Positions 9,551 to 19,472 are shown, numbered from the stretch's first letter. The stretch is 49,032 bases of DNA from Candidatus Desantisbacteria bacterium CG1_02_49_89 (GCA_001871075.1 MNUP01000047.1:1-49032); one strand, 5' to 3'. Made by a program: numbers and translations. Notes: generated by a model not told the origin, from the letters alone.

Positions 9551-10612
9551 ATGAAGATCGATAATCTAAGGAAAGAGATCGACAGCATAGACGCGAGGAT
9601 ACTGGACCTGCTGAACCGGAGAGGAACGAAGGCCCTTGATATCGCGCGGCTTAAATCGGCTGAAGGCAGGAGATATTACGTGCCCGAGCGGGAAAAATAC
9701 ATAATTTCAAGGCTTCTAGGGAAAAACCGCGGGCCCATCACGGAAGAAGGGCTTAAAATTATTTACCGCGAGATCCTTTCCGTATGCAGGAGCCTGGGAG
9801 CGCCCATAAGGGTCGCGTACCTCGGCCCCGAGGGTTCATTCTCGCACATCGCGGCCACGGAAAAATTCGGTTCATCCATAGAGCTCATGCCCGCGGCAAA
9901 CATCGCCCATGTTTTCGTGCAGGTGGAGAAGAACGAGGTTGAGCTGGGGGTTGCCCCGGTTGAAAATTCGAGTGAGGGGGTCGTAACATACACGATGGAC
10001 ATGCTCGTGGATTCCCCTTTGAAAATAGTCAACGAGATAATACTCGAAGTTACTTATTACCTTGTTTCCAGGGAAAAAGACACAAAGAGCGTAAAGAAGG
10101 TTTATGTGCATCCGCAGGCATTCGGGCAAAGCCGCGTCTGGATGCGCAACAACATGCCCGGGGTGAAGGTTGTGGAGGTTGACAGCAACTCTGAGGCCGC
10201 AAGGCTCGCGTCGCTTGAAAAGAAGAGCGCCGCGATCACCAGCAAGTGGGCGGCGGAAATATACGATCTTAACATACTGCGCTCGCATATCGAGGATCTC
10301 GCGCACAACTACACAAGGTTCATTGTTGTTTCGAAAGAGAACGCGAGGCGCACGGGAAGAGACAAAACTTCGGTTATTTTTTCCCTCAGGCACAGGCCCG
10401 GTGCGCTGTATCACTGCCTGTCGGTTTTCTCGAAGTCCAACATCAACCTGACCAAGATAGAGTCCCGACCGTCGAAGAAGAAGGCGTGGGACTATATTTT
10501 CTTCATCGACCTTGAAGGGCACGCAGACGACAAAAAGGTTAGGAGGGCGCTTGGCAGTTTCGAGAAACTGTGCGTGTATATGAAGGTGCTGGGGTCGTAT
10601 CCAAGAGAATAA
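9551..10612 (+). CDS. pheA: Chorismate mutase/prephenate dehydratase
   Basis: LRKEIDSID chorismate mutase domain, VAYLGPEGSFS, ENSSEG, TRF, NLTKIESRPS; GGAGG before ATG 9551. Confidence 0.95.
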   Translation: MKIDNLRKEIDSIDARILDLLNRRGTKALDIARLKSAEGRRYYVPEREKYIISRLLGKNRGPITEEGLKIIYREILSVCRSLGAPIRVAYLGPEGSFSHIAATEKFGSSIELMPAANIAHVFVQVEKNEVELGVAPVENSSEGVVTYTMDMLVDSPLKIVNEIILEVTYYLVSREKDTKSVKKVYVHPQAFGQSRVWMRNNMPGVKVVEVDSNSEAARLASLEKKSAAITSKWAAEIYDLNILRSHIEDLAHNYTRFIVVSKENARRTGRDKTSVIFSLRHRPGALYHCLSVFSKSNINLTKIESRPSKKKAWDYIFFIDLEGHADDKKVRRALGSFEKLCVYMKVLGSYPRE

Positions 10613-10700
10613 ACCGTTGAAAGTTAAAAGTTAAAGGTTAAAAGTTAAAACTCACAACCGACAACTGACAACTGGCAACTTGAATACAGGAGAGAAAGAG

Positions 10701-11783
10701 ATGGAGAAATTAGCAAGGAAGTGCATACTGAAAATAAAACCTTATGTGCCGGGAAAACCAATCGAAGAGGTCGAAAGAGAACTCGGTATAAAGGAAGCTA
10801 TTAAGCTTGCCTCAAACGAAAACCCGTTCAGCCCGCCCGCAGGCGTTCTAAAAGCCATAAAAGCTTATCTGCCCAGGCTGAACCGTTATCCGGATGACCA
10901 TGGTTATTACCTGATCAACGCGCTTGCGAAAAAATTCGGGGTAAAAAGGGAGAACCTGATACTGGGATGCGGCAGCGACGAGATAATGGAGCTTATCACG
11001 AAGGCGTTCCTTGAGCCGGGAGAGGAAGTTCTGTTCGGGGACCAGTCCTTCGTTATGTACAGGATCATCACTCAGATAATGGGCGGTAACCCGGTCGCGG
11101 TGCCCCTGAAGAATTACACTTACGACCTCCCGGCAATGGCAAAGGCTGTTACGGACAGAACCAAGATAATTTTTATAGCCAATCCCAACAATCCCACGGG
11201 AACAATAGTAAAGGATAAAGAAGCCAGGGATTTCTTCAGGGATGTGCGCAAGGACGTGATCATAGTCTTTGACGAGGCGTACGCCGAATACGTTGAGGAC
11301 AAAGAATATCCCAGGTCCCTTGAGATCATCCGCGAGAACCGCAACTGCATAATGCTGCGCACTTTTTCGAAGATCTGCAGCCTCGCGGGGCTGCGCATCG
11401 GCTATGGCATCGCAAGCCCGGGGCTTATCGCCTGCCTGGGCCGCGTCAGGCTGCCTTTTAACACGTCCAGCATTTCGCAGATCGCGGCGCTTGCAAGCCT
11501 TAAGGAAAAGAAATGGGCTTCGGAGATAAAGCGGATAAACAGCCAGGGAAAAAAATATTTGTACGGAGAGCTTGAAAAGATGGGCCTGGATTATATTCCG
11601 ACCCAGGCTAATTTTATTCTTATAAAACTCGGGGATAAGGCGGCAAAGGCGGCCGAATCCCTTCTCAGGAACGGCATTATCGTCAGGAGCGGGCTGATCG
11701 GCGATTGCATACGCGTTACAATAGGCACGCAGGCAGAGAACAGGAAATTCGTAAAGGTACTGGGAGCAATACTAAAAAAGTAA
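10701..11783 (+). CDS. hisC: Histidinol-phosphate aminotransferase
   Basis: YVPGKPIEEV, KLASNENP, ANPNNPTG, DEAY, RTFSK..LAGLRIGY. Confidence 0.93.
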   Translation: MEKLARKCILKIKPYVPGKPIEEVERELGIKEAIKLASNENPFSPPAGVLKAIKAYLPRLNRYPDDHGYYLINALAKKFGVKRENLILGCGSDEIMELITKAFLEPGEEVLFGDQSFVMYRIITQIMGGNPVAVPLKNYTYDLPAMAKAVTDRTKIIFIANPNNPTGTIVKDKEARDFFRDVRKDVIIVFDEAYAEYVEDKEYPRSLEIIRENRNCIMLRTFSKICSLAGLRIGYGIASPGLIACLGRVRLPFNTSSISQIAALASLKEKKWASEIKRINSQGKKYLYGELEKMGLDYIPTQANFILIKLGDKAAKAAESLLRNGIIVRSGLIGDCIRVTIGTQAENRKFVKVLGAILKK

Positions 11784-11788
11784 AAGAC

Positions 11789-11862
11789 CACCCTTGCCCA
11801 TCCCTCTCCCTTCGCTTGCCCGCCAATCTTAGTGGAGGGAGGGAGAGGATTAAGGTGAGGGG
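11789..11862. repeat. CCCTCTCCC...GGGAGAGG-type palindromic element with nested CCCGCC hairpin
   Basis: cacccttgcccatccctctccc ... gggagaggattaaggtgagggg enclosing gcttgcccgccaatcttagtggaggg. Confidence 0.65.
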
Positions 11863-11899
11863 GATCGGTTGTGGGCGTGTTTGATCTAAAGGGGAGAAA

Positions 11900-12589
11900 A
11901 TGATGCAGGTCGCTTTCCTGCTTGGTTTTTTAATAATACTGATATCGCTGGTATCTGTTTTCTGGAACGGGTTCTGGAAAAGGATCGCGGAAGACGTAAA
12001 GACCGTGTTCCAGAAGGATCCCGCGGCGAAGAACATTTTTGAGGTTCTTACGTGTTACCCGGGGCTCCACGCTCTGTGGATGCACCGCATGTCGCACTCT
12101 CTTTTTCAGGAGGGTTTCTACACGATCGCCAGGATGGTATCGCACGCTTCCAGGTTTCTTACCGGGATCGAGATACACCCGGGCGCGAGCATAGGCAGGA
12201 GATTTTTCATTGACCACGGCGCGGGCGTGGTTATCGGGGAGACCTCTGAAATAGCGGATGATGTCCTGGTATACCAGGGGGTGGTGCTTGGCGGCACAAG
12301 CATCGAGAAGAAAAAGCGCCACCCGACCATAAAAGAAGGCGCCATCCTGGGAGCGGGCTCCGTGATCCTGGGCGCGATAACGATCGGCAAGGGAGCAAAA
12401 GTGGGCGCCGGCTCGGTTGTTGTCAAGGACGTTCCTGACGGAGCGACTGTTGTAGGCATACCGGGCAGGGTTGTAGAGCCGGGAGAGCTGCGGCCCAAGG
12501 TTGACCTGGACCACGGAAGGCTTCCGGACCCGGTAGCGGACGCTCTGCGCAAGCTCGAACAGCGGATCAAAAAGCTGGAGAATAAATGA
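11900..12589 (+). CDS. cysE: Serine O-acetyltransferase
   Basis: DPAA...[35 protein letters not shown]. Confidence 0.93.
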   Translation: MMQVAFLLGFLIILISLVSVFWNGFWKRIAEDVKTVFQKDPAAKNIFEVLTCYPGLHALWMHRMSHSLFQEGFYTIARMVSHASRFLTGIEIHPGASIGRRFFIDHGAGVVIGETSEIADDVLVYQGVVLGGTSIEKKKRHPTIKEGAILGAGSVILGAITIGKGAKVGAGSVVVKDVPDGATVVGIPGRVVEPGELRPKVDLDHGRLPDPVADALRKLEQRIKKLENK

Positions 12590-12688
12590 AGATGTCGGCG
12601 ATAAGAAACGATTACGGCGATTAATACAGAACATCAATTATTTATCGCTGAAATCGTGCTTGTATCGCTGTAATCAATATAAGGAATA

Positions 12689-13441
12689 ATGAAAAAGATA
12701 TTAGTGACTAACGATGACGGGGTGCACGCGCCCGGCCTTGAAGCCCTGATACAGGGGCTTTCAGGCCTGGGTGAAATAATCGCCGTGGTTCCCAACCAGG
12801 AAAGAAGTTCGGCAAGCCATTCGCTGACCCTTCACCATCCGTTAAGGGTCACCAGGGTCCGTAAAGATATCTACGTGACGACAGGAACACCATCGGACTG
12901 CGTTATTATAGGAATGATGGAAATACTGAAAGAAAAGGTTGACCTTGTTGTTTCCGGGATAAATAACGGCCCCAACCTTGGCGATGACGTGACGTATTCC
13001 GGAACAGTAGCCGCAGGCATTGAGGCTACCCTGAGGGGCGCGCTTTCTTTTGCAGTGTCAGTGGCAAGTTTTCGCGCCTGCAGGTATGACGCAGCCGCTG
13101 GATTTGCCGGCAGGCTTGCCGGGTACGTGTTGAAAAAAGGTCTTCCCGAAGGCACTTTTCTGAACGTGAACGTCCCGAATATCAGGCCCGCCGCGATAAA
13201 GGGCGTTCAGATAACCCGCATGGGAAAGAGGATTTACAGGGACGAGATGGTGCGCAGGCGCGATCCAAGGGGCGGGACATACTACTGGATCGGGGGGAAG
13301 GAGCCGTCCGCAGAAAAGGGATCCGGAACTGACTGCGCGGCAGTTGCGCGCGGTTGGATCTCCGTGACCCCTTTGCAGCTTGACCTTACTGATTACAAGT
13401 CGATCAAGGGACTGCGGAACTGGCGCATCAAGTATCCTTAG
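12689..13441 (+). CDS. surE: 5'/3'-nucleotidase SurE
   Basis: ILVTNDDG, GTPSDCV, SGINNGPNLG, YSGTVAA, ISVTPL. Confidence 0.96.
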   Translation: MKKILVTNDDGVHAPGLEALIQGLSGLGEIIAVVPNQERSSASHSLTLHHPLRVTRVRKDIYVTTGTPSDCVIIGMMEILKEKVDLVVSGINNGPNLGDDVTYSGTVAAGIEATLRGALSFAVSVASFRACRYDAAAGFAGRLAGYVLKKGLPEGTFLNVNVPNIRPAAIKGVQITRMGKRIYRDEMVRRRDPRGGTYYWIGGKEPSAEKGSGTDCAAVARGWISVTPLQLDLTDYKSIKGLRNWRIKYP

Positions 13442-13595
13442 AGGATGATGCCAGCGATAAAAGATAGATTTCAGCGATTTTAATACAGTCATTTGTCGAT
13501 CGTCATTTATCAAGAGCAGGATTTTAACTAATGACTAATGACGGTATTTATCGCTGCAATCGTTATTTAAAAATCGCTGTAATCAAGAAGTTAAA

Positions 13596-14246
13596 ATGGA
13601 CTATGAAAGAGAAAGAGAGGAAATGGTCAGGACCCAGGTAGAATTCAGGGGGGTTACTGACAGGCGCGTTCTCGATGCGATGCGCAGGATTTCTAGGGAA
13701 GAATTCGCCGGGGAAAAGTACAGGGCAGGCGCTTACGAAGACCACCCGCTTTCAATAGGGGAAGGCCAGACGATCTCCCAGCCGTACATTGTCGCCCTGA
13801 TGACGCAGCTTCTAAGGCTAAGCGGCAAAGAAAAAGTGCTGGAAGTCGGCACCGGTTCCGGTTATCAGACAGCCCTGCTTGCGGAACTGGGCGGTGAGAT
13901 CTACAGCGTTGAAAGGTGCGGGAAGCTCGCGCAGGGGGCGGCAAAAGTTCTGGAAAGACTCGGTTATAAAAACGTCCGCATCCTTGCCGGGGACGGAACA
14001 GAGGGATTAAAGGAATACGCGCCTTTCGACCGGATCATAGTGACAGCGGCAGCGCCGAAGGTCCCTGAACCGCTTGTTGAGCAGCTTTGTGAGGGCGGGA
14101 TCATCGTAATACCCGCGGGTTCGCTTCATTCGCAGGAGCTGCAGGTTGTGGAAAAGAAGAATAATAAAATCCATATTACAAATCACGGCGGATGCGTTTT
14201 TGTTCCGCTCGTAGGAAGGTACGGTTGGCAGGAAAATGAGATCTAA
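13596..14246 (+). CDS. pcm: Protein-L-isoaspartate O-methyltransferase
   Basis: GQTISQPYIVA, VLEVGTGSGYQ, APFDRIIVTAA, FVPLVG; follows surE. Confidence 0.95.
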   Translation: MDYEREREEMVRTQVEFRGVTDRRVLDAMRRISREEFAGEKYRAGAYEDHPLSIGEGQTISQPYIVALMTQLLRLSGKEKVLEVGTGSGYQTALLAELGGEIYSVERCGKLAQGAAKVLERLGYKNVRILAGDGTEGLKEYAPFDRIIVTAAAPKVPEPLVEQLCEGGIIVIPAGSLHSQELQVVEKKNNKIHITNHGGCVFVPLVGRYGWQENEI

Positions 14247-15516
14247 TCAACGTGTTTTGCTTGCATATTTGATCCTGTGCGTAACCGCAGCGTTCTGCAA
14301 CCGCGCATGCGGGGAAATCAGTTCGAAAGACATAGAATATAAAATTTACCTTTATCCCTCTGATGAAGCGCAGCCGCCGAAGCGTGCCCGCATACGCCGC
14401 GTTGCTTCAGTGCCGCCTTCGGTAAAAACGGTTGACTACAGTGTGTATACCGGTCTTGGCAGCATATATACCGATACTTTTCCGATAAGAGGGCTTCACG
14501 TGACTTCGTGGGCTGCCAGTTCTCTCGTTTCCTTTAACAGGCTTGTCGGGCTGGTAAACAGGACGGAGCTGAACGCGCTTGTTCTGGACCTTAAAGAGGC
14601 GGAGGGAAGGATCGCGTATGACAGCAGGCTTGATATCGCAAAAGAGCTGGGAACGCTGGAACCGATCGTTTCAAACATCGACGGGCTCATAACGATAATG
14701 AGGGAAAACAGGATCTTCCCCATAGCGCGCATCTGCGTTTTCAAGGATACGCTTCTTGCGCACAAAAAACCGGAGTGGGCGGTAAAAAACAAGAGCGGAA
14801 ACATCTGGCAGGATAAAAAGGGCCAGTCCTGGCTTGACCAGTATAACAGGGAAGTCTGGGATTATATAGTTATGATCGCGGAAGAAGCGGCTCAGAGGGG
14901 TTTCAGGGAGATACAGTTTGATTACGTAAGGTTCCCCAGCGACGGACAAATATCCGACTGCGTATTTCCCGCAAAGGCGAATTTCGGAGAAACCATTTCT
15001 CCGGCGCGCGTTATTCGAAGATTCCTGGAATATGCAAAAAATCGCCTGAAGCCTTACGGCGTGGCTATTTCGGCAGACCTGTTCGGGCTTACGTGTTCTT
15101 CCCTCGATGACCTGAACATAGGCCAGGTGATCGAAGAAGTGGCGAAGGAAGTGAATTACGTCTGCCCCATGACCTATCCCTCGCACTACTACCGCGGGAT
15201 GTATAACCTCCAGGTGCCGGAGGCAGAACCGTATAAGACTGTTTTCACAAGCATGAAAGACGTAAGGGTTAAACTCGGGGATACCAACCCGTGCGGCATA
15301 AGGCCGTGGCTGCAGGATTTTTCGCTGAAAGTGAAATACAACGCGTTCGAGGTGCAGGAGCAGATAAGGGCGGTCTATGAGAACGGCATAAGCGAATGGC
15401 TGCTCTGGAACCCAAGGTGCGTATACACGGAGGAGGTTTTAAGGCCTGAATCAGAGAGAAAGGCTGTAGCAAAGAAGATCCCGAATGGCGAAACGCTTAC
15501 GAAGCGGATCGAATAA
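14236..15516 (+). CDS. Putative exported glycoside hydrolase (DUF4015-like)
   Basis: TELNALVLDLK, IARICVFKD, GFREIQFDYVRFP, PMTYPSHY, RPWLQDF, WLLWN. Confidence 0.75.
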   Translation: MRSNQRVLLAYLILCVTAAFCNRACGEISSKDIEYKIYLYPSDEAQPPKRARIRRVASVPPSVKTVDYSVYTGLGSIYTDTFPIRGLHVTSWAASSLVSFNRLVGLVNRTELNALVLDLKEAEGRIAYDSRLDIAKELGTLEPIVSNIDGLITIMRENRIFPIARICVFKDTLLAHKKPEWAVKNKSGNIWQDKKGQSWLDQYNREVWDYIVMIAEEAAQRGFREIQFDYVRFPSDGQISDCVFPAKANFGETISPARVIRRFLEYAKNRLKPYGVAISADLFGLTCSSLDDLNIGQVIEEVAKEVNYVCPMTYPSHYYRGMYNLQVPEAEPYKTVFTSMKDVRVKLGDTNPCGIRPWLQDFSLKVKYNAFEVQEQIRAVYENGISEWLLWNPRCVYTEEVLRPESERKAVAKKIPNGETLTKRIE

Positions 15517-15773
15517 TGTTTTACACCTACGTGCTAAGAAGCCGGAAAAATCAGAAATTATATTACGGTTATACAAATAATCTGGAGAAAAGGATTGTTG
15601 AGCATAATTCGGGAAAGGATGATTTTACACGTCATAACGGACCCTGGGATCTTGTATATTTTGAGGAATTTACTTTAAAAACAGAAGCATTAAAACAAGA
15701 AAGATTCTTTAAGAGCGGCAAAGGAAGAGAATACGTAAGAGGAAAATTAAATAATTTTCAAATCGGGGAATAG
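15516..15773 (+). CDS. Small stand-alone GIY-YIG nuclease
   Basis: FYTYVLRS...LYYGYTNNLEKRIVEHN...WDLVYFEE...A..QERFFKSGKGR; visibly AT-rich relative to neighbours. Confidence 0.9.
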   Translation: MFYTYVLRSRKNQKLYYGYTNNLEKRIVEHNSGKDDFTRHNGPWDLVYFEEFTLKTEALKQERFFKSGKGREYVRGKLNNFQIGE

Positions 15774-15898
15774 CCCGCCCAGCAAGATTGGCGGGTAAAC
15801 TCCGCCTGGGTCAAAGACATCACTTATGTCTTTGACGGGTGGAAGAGCGGAGCGACATGCAATCATTCAGGCAGAGCACACAGGAAGCGCGCGCGGTT
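15757..15898 (+). pseudogene. Interrupted partial duplicate of the tRNA-Pro 5' half
   Basis: ttcaaatcggggaatagc (cf. 15933-15950) ... ccgcctgg [76-nt insert] agcgcgcgcggtt (identical to 15961-15973). Confidence 0.75.
15810..15885 (+). repeat. ~75-nt tRNA D-loop-inserted element, copy 1
   Basis: Perfect 11-bp hairpin gtcaaagacat/atgtctttgac, then a 49-nt segment 40/49 identical to 19499-19547. Confidence 0.8.
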
Positions 15899-15939
15899 AC
15901 AGTAATTAGGTATAAAAGTATTAGAGCGAAAATTCAAAT

Positions 15940-16013
15940 CGGGGTGTAGCGCAGTCTGGTAGCGCGCGCGGTTCGGGACCGTGAGGCCCCCGGTTCAAAT
16001 CCGGGCACCCCGA
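15940..16013 (+). tRNA. tRNA-Pro (CGG), CCA not encoded
   Basis: Acceptor cggggtg/caccccg+a, anticodon arm cgcgg-ttCGGga-ccgtg, T arm ggttcaaatcc. Confidence 0.95.
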
Positions 16014-16014
16014 T

Positions 16015-16122
16015 AGATTTTCGCAAAGCGAAAATCTGGAGCAATCGAACAATAGAAAATAGAGCAATAGATTAAGGAAAAAGTGAGATTGCGGTCTATT
16101 CTCTATTGTTCCATTTTCAGAA
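16015..16122 (+). repeat. ~105-nt structured tRNA trailer element, copy 1
   Basis: Hairpin agattttcgc/gcgaaaatct plus caatagaaaataga...tctattctctattg arms; homologous to 20095-20201. Confidence 0.8.
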
Positions 16123-16171
16123 GAGCAAGCTATAACAGTGTAAATCCGTGGCTGAAATATTGGAGGGATCA

Positions 16172-17461
16172 GTGGCAAAGATCGTAATGATCGGCGCGGG
16201 AAGCATGGGCTTTACAAGAAAATTGATAATAGATATCCTTAATTTCAAGGCGCTCAGGGATTCCACTGTAGCGCTGGTCGATATAGACGCCGGAAGGCTG
16301 GATATGATAACAAGGTGGGCGAAAAAGCTCATTGAGCAGGAAAAACTGCCCGCGAAGATCGAATCATCTACAGACAGAAGAGAAGTTCTGAAGGGCGCGG
16401 ACTTTATAGTCATAACCATCCGGGTGGGCGGGCTTGAGGCTTTTGAACTGGATGTGAGCATCCCGCGCAAATACGGCGTGAAGCAGGCGGTCGGGGACAC
16501 GCTTGGGCCCGGAGGGGTTTTTTACGCGATGCGCACGATACCCGTGCTTCTGGGCATATGCAAAGATGCGAACGAGCTCTGCCCGGACGCCTTGATCCTT
16601 AATTATTCAAACCCGATGGCGATGAATACCTGGGCGATGCTGAAATACGGCCACGAAAAAACAATAGGATTGTGCCACAGCGTGCAGGGCACAGCAGGGC
16701 AGCTTTCCAATTATATAGGTGTCCCGTTCGGAGAGGTCTCGTACTGGGTCGCGGGAATCAACCACATGTCATGGTTCCTTGAGTTCAGGCACAAGGATGT
16801 TGACGCCTACCCGAAGCTGTGGAAGGCGCTTGAGAACCCCGATATCTTCAAGCAGGACCCGGTCCGTTTCGAGATAATGAAACATTTTGACTACTTCGTG
16901 ACGGAGTCCAGCTTCCATATGGCTGAATACATGCCGTATTTCAACAAAAGAGAAGAGCTTATCAAGAAATTCAATACCCACGGCTGGATCTACCTTGAGC
17001 TCTGCAAGCAGGGCCTGGACCCGGCCGCGGAACAGATCAGGAAAGAAGTTGCCGGAGAGCAGAAAATAGATTTTTCTTCAAGCCCGGAATACTGCTCCTC
17101 CATTATAAACGCCGCGACCACGGGCATTTCTTACAGGATGAACGCAAGCGTTTTCAACAGGGGCATAATCTCTAACCTTCCGCAGGAGTCCTGTGTGGAG
17201 GTTCCCTGCTATGTTGACAAGACAGGGGTAAGGCCGGCATATGTGGGCGAGCTTCCCTTGCAGTGCGCTGCTCTTAACCGTTCCAGCATAAACGTCCAGG
17301 CGCTTGGCGTTGAAGCCGCTGTGGAAGGCAGCAGGCGCAAGGCGTTCCAGGCGATCTGCCTTGACCCGCTTACCGCAGCCGCGCTATCGCTGGAAGAGAT
17401 CCAGAAGATGACGGACGAAATGTTCGAGGCAGAGGCGCAGTACCTGCCGCAATTTAAATAA
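16172..17461 (+). CDS. melA: GH4 NAD-dependent alpha-galactosidase/glucosidase (MelA-like)
   Basis: KIVMIGAGS, DTLGPGG, LNYSNP, GLCHSV, AGINH, TESS.H.AEY; GTG after GGAGG. Confidence 0.85.
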   Translation: MAKIVMIGAGSMGFTRKLIIDILNFKALRDSTVALVDIDAGRLDMITRWAKKLIEQEKLPAKIESSTDRREVLKGADFIVITIRVGGLEAFELDVSIPRKYGVKQAVGDTLGPGGVFYAMRTIPVLLGICKDANELCPDALILNYSNPMAMNTWAMLKYGHEKTIGLCHSVQGTAGQLSNYIGVPFGEVSYWVAGINHMSWFLEFRHKDVDAYPKLWKALENPDIFKQDPVRFEIMKHFDYFVTESSFHMAEYMPYFNKREELIKKFNTHGWIYLELCKQGLDPAAEQIRKEVAGEQKIDFSSSPEYCSSIINAATTGISYRMNASVFNRGIISNLPQESCVEVPCYVDKTGVRPAYVGELPLQCAALNRSSINVQALGVEAAVEGSRRKAFQAICLDPLTAAALSLEEIQKMTDEMFEAEAQYLPQFK

Positions 17462-17568
17462 TGCAGTATCCAGTGGCCAGTATCCAGTGTCCAGCAAAAT
17501 CATATGGATTTAATCACCGTAATCGTATTCAGAAATCACTGTAATCAAATTTTAATGAGGAGGTTTGG

Positions 17569-18027
17569 ATGAAAGCGAAAGAGATAATGACGAAGAAGGT
17601 GGTAGCGGTTAAACCGGACACGACAGTGGAAAAGATAGCGAAGATACTGGCGGAAAAACACATAAGCGGCGTCCCGGTCGTGGACGACGACAACAGGGTG
17701 CTGGGGATCGTTACGGAGCACGACCTGCTGCTAAAGGACAAGATAAAGCAGGCAGTGCCCAGAATGGCGCTGTTCGGCCTGTTCGTTGTTCCGGACGAGC
17801 TGGTTAAAAAGGCGTACAAAGGCTACTGCAACGTGCACGCGTCGGAAATTATGAACAAGGGCGTCGTTACTTTTTCGGAAGACACCGATATCTCGGAAAT
17901 CGCCGAAGTTATGCATAAAAAAAAGATCAACAGGGTGCCTATAGTAAAAGAGGGAAAGCTTGCCGGTATTGTAAGCAGGGCGGATATCGTCAGGTCAATG
18001 GTGAAGGATTCCTGCAGCACGCAATAA
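17569..18027 (+). CDS. CBS-domain pair protein
   Basis: ISGVPVVD...GIVTEHD and INRVPIV...GIVSRAD. Confidence 0.9.
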   Translation: MKAKEIMTKKVVAVKPDTTVEKIAKILAEKHISGVPVVDDDNRVLGIVTEHDLLLKDKIKQAVPRMALFGLFVVPDELVKKAYKGYCNVHASEIMNKGVVTFSEDTDISEIAEVMHKKKINRVPIVKEGKLAGIVSRADIVRSMVKDSCSTQ

Positions 18028-18159
18028 TGCAAGATTTTAAAATCACCACAGAGACACGGAGACACAGAGTTTTTGCTTTAACTTAAATCTAATAATTCTC
18101 CGTGCCTCGGTGCCTCCGTGGTTATTATTGAAAACATTAATCTTAATTTGAGGTTTAAC

Positions 18160-18576
18160 ATGAAGTCATATAAAGAAGAGTTGTGGTTTAATACCAGGAA
18201 AAGAAGGGAATTCATAAATATAACTCCCCAGGTGGAAGAGGCTGTAAGGAAAAGCGGGATAAAAGAAGGCCTGTGCCTGGTCAACGCGATGCATATCACC
18301 GCAAGCGTTTTCATCAACGACGATGAAGGCGGGCTTCACCGGGATTTTGAGGAGTGGCTTGAGAAACTCGCTCCTTTCGGAAAAGAAAAGTATAAGCACA
18401 ACCTGACCGGCGAGGATAACGCGGACGCGCACATAAAAAGGTCTGTTATGGGGCGCGAGGTCGTGGCTGCGGTCACGTGCGGAAAGCTTGATTTCGGCCC
18501 GTGGGAGCAGATCTTCTACGGCGAGTTTGACGGAATGCGCCGCAAGCGCGTGCTGATAAAGATAATAGGCGAATGA
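18160..18576 (+). CDS. yjbQ: YjbQ/UPF0047 family protein
   Basis: [26 protein letters not shown]. Confidence 0.9.
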   Translation: MKSYKEELWFNTRKRREFINITPQVEEAVRKSGIKEGLCLVNAMHITASVFINDDEGGLHRDFEEWLEKLAPFGKEKYKHNLTGEDNADAHIKRSVMGREVVAAVTCGKLDFGPWEQIFYGEFDGMRRKRVLIKIIGE

Positions 18577-18683
18577 TAATTCGTGCGTCGTGCATCGTTA
18601 AAAATAGTTTACACAGTTTATAAAGTTTACAGAGTTTACAAAGTTTTATCTGTGGAAATCTGTGTCAATAGGAGGGTTTAGGT

Positions 18684-19208
18684 ATGGAAGATCTGAAGAA
18701 ATACATCAGGACCATTCCAAATTTCCCAAAAAAAGGCATAATGTTCAGGGATATTACAACGCTCGTAAAGAACGGGAAGGCGCTGAAAAAAGTAGTGGAC
18801 GCCATTGCGGCGAAATACAAAAGGCAGAAGATAGATGTTGTTGTGGGCGCTGAGTCCCGCGGTTTTATAGTCGGGGCGGGAGTTGCCTATAAACTTGGTG
18901 TAGGGCTTGCGCTTGTCAGAAAAAAGGGAAAGCTTCCCTTCAAGACGATCTCGGCCACGTATGAGCTTGAGTACGGCACAGACACCGTTGAAATGCATAA
19001 GGATGCCATAAAGAAAGGCCAGAGGGTCCTGATAGTAGACGACCTTCTTGCGACAGGCGGCACCGCGTCAGCCGCGGTTGACCTGGTCCGGAAACTCGGC
19101 GGCAGGATCGTGGGCATAGCGTTTATAATTGAGCTGGTGGACCTGAACGGCAGGAACAAGCTGAAAGGCTATGATATTTTTTCGCTTGTGGAGTATAAGG
19201 GGGAATAG
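18684..19208 (+). CDS. apt: Adenine phosphoribosyltransferase
   Basis: PNFPKKGIMFRDIT, ESRGF, RKKGKLP, LEYG, VDDLLATGGT. Confidence 0.97.
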   Translation: MEDLKKYIRTIPNFPKKGIMFRDITTLVKNGKALKKVVDAIAAKYKRQKIDVVVGAESRGFIVGAGVAYKLGVGLALVRKKGKLPFKTISATYELEYGTDTVEMHKDAIKKGQRVLIVDDLLATGGTASAAVDLVRKLGGRIVGIAFIIELVDLNGRNKLKGYDIFSLVEYKGE

Positions 19209-19454
19209 CAAAGGGGCAAGGGACCAGATGCAAGGGACAAGTGTTGGAAAAGGATTTTTCTTTTAAATTAATTAAGCAAGGGAAATAAAGGGTGGGATTC
19301 GCCCGCCCATATCGCTTTTATCGATTGGGCGAAGCGAAATCTCGCTTACTTTAACCTGTAATCGTCTTCTGGATTGACGGATACGTGTCCGCCCATATCG
19401 CTTTCAGCGATTGGGCGAGACCTCGCCCGTTCATCCAGAGGATGAAACGGGCGG

Positions 19455-19472
19455 GGAGAGATGGCCGAGCGG
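19455..19472 (+). repeat. Exact duplicate of the first 18 nt of tRNA-Ser
   Basis: ggagagatggccgagcgg is identical to 19660-19677. Confidence 0.9.

Noticed and set aside
15764-15898. Functional intron-containing tRNA-Pro
   Set aside because: Similarity ends at the anticodon loop with no T arm or 3' acceptor strand, so splicing could not yield a full tRNA. The insert is far too short for a group I or II intron.
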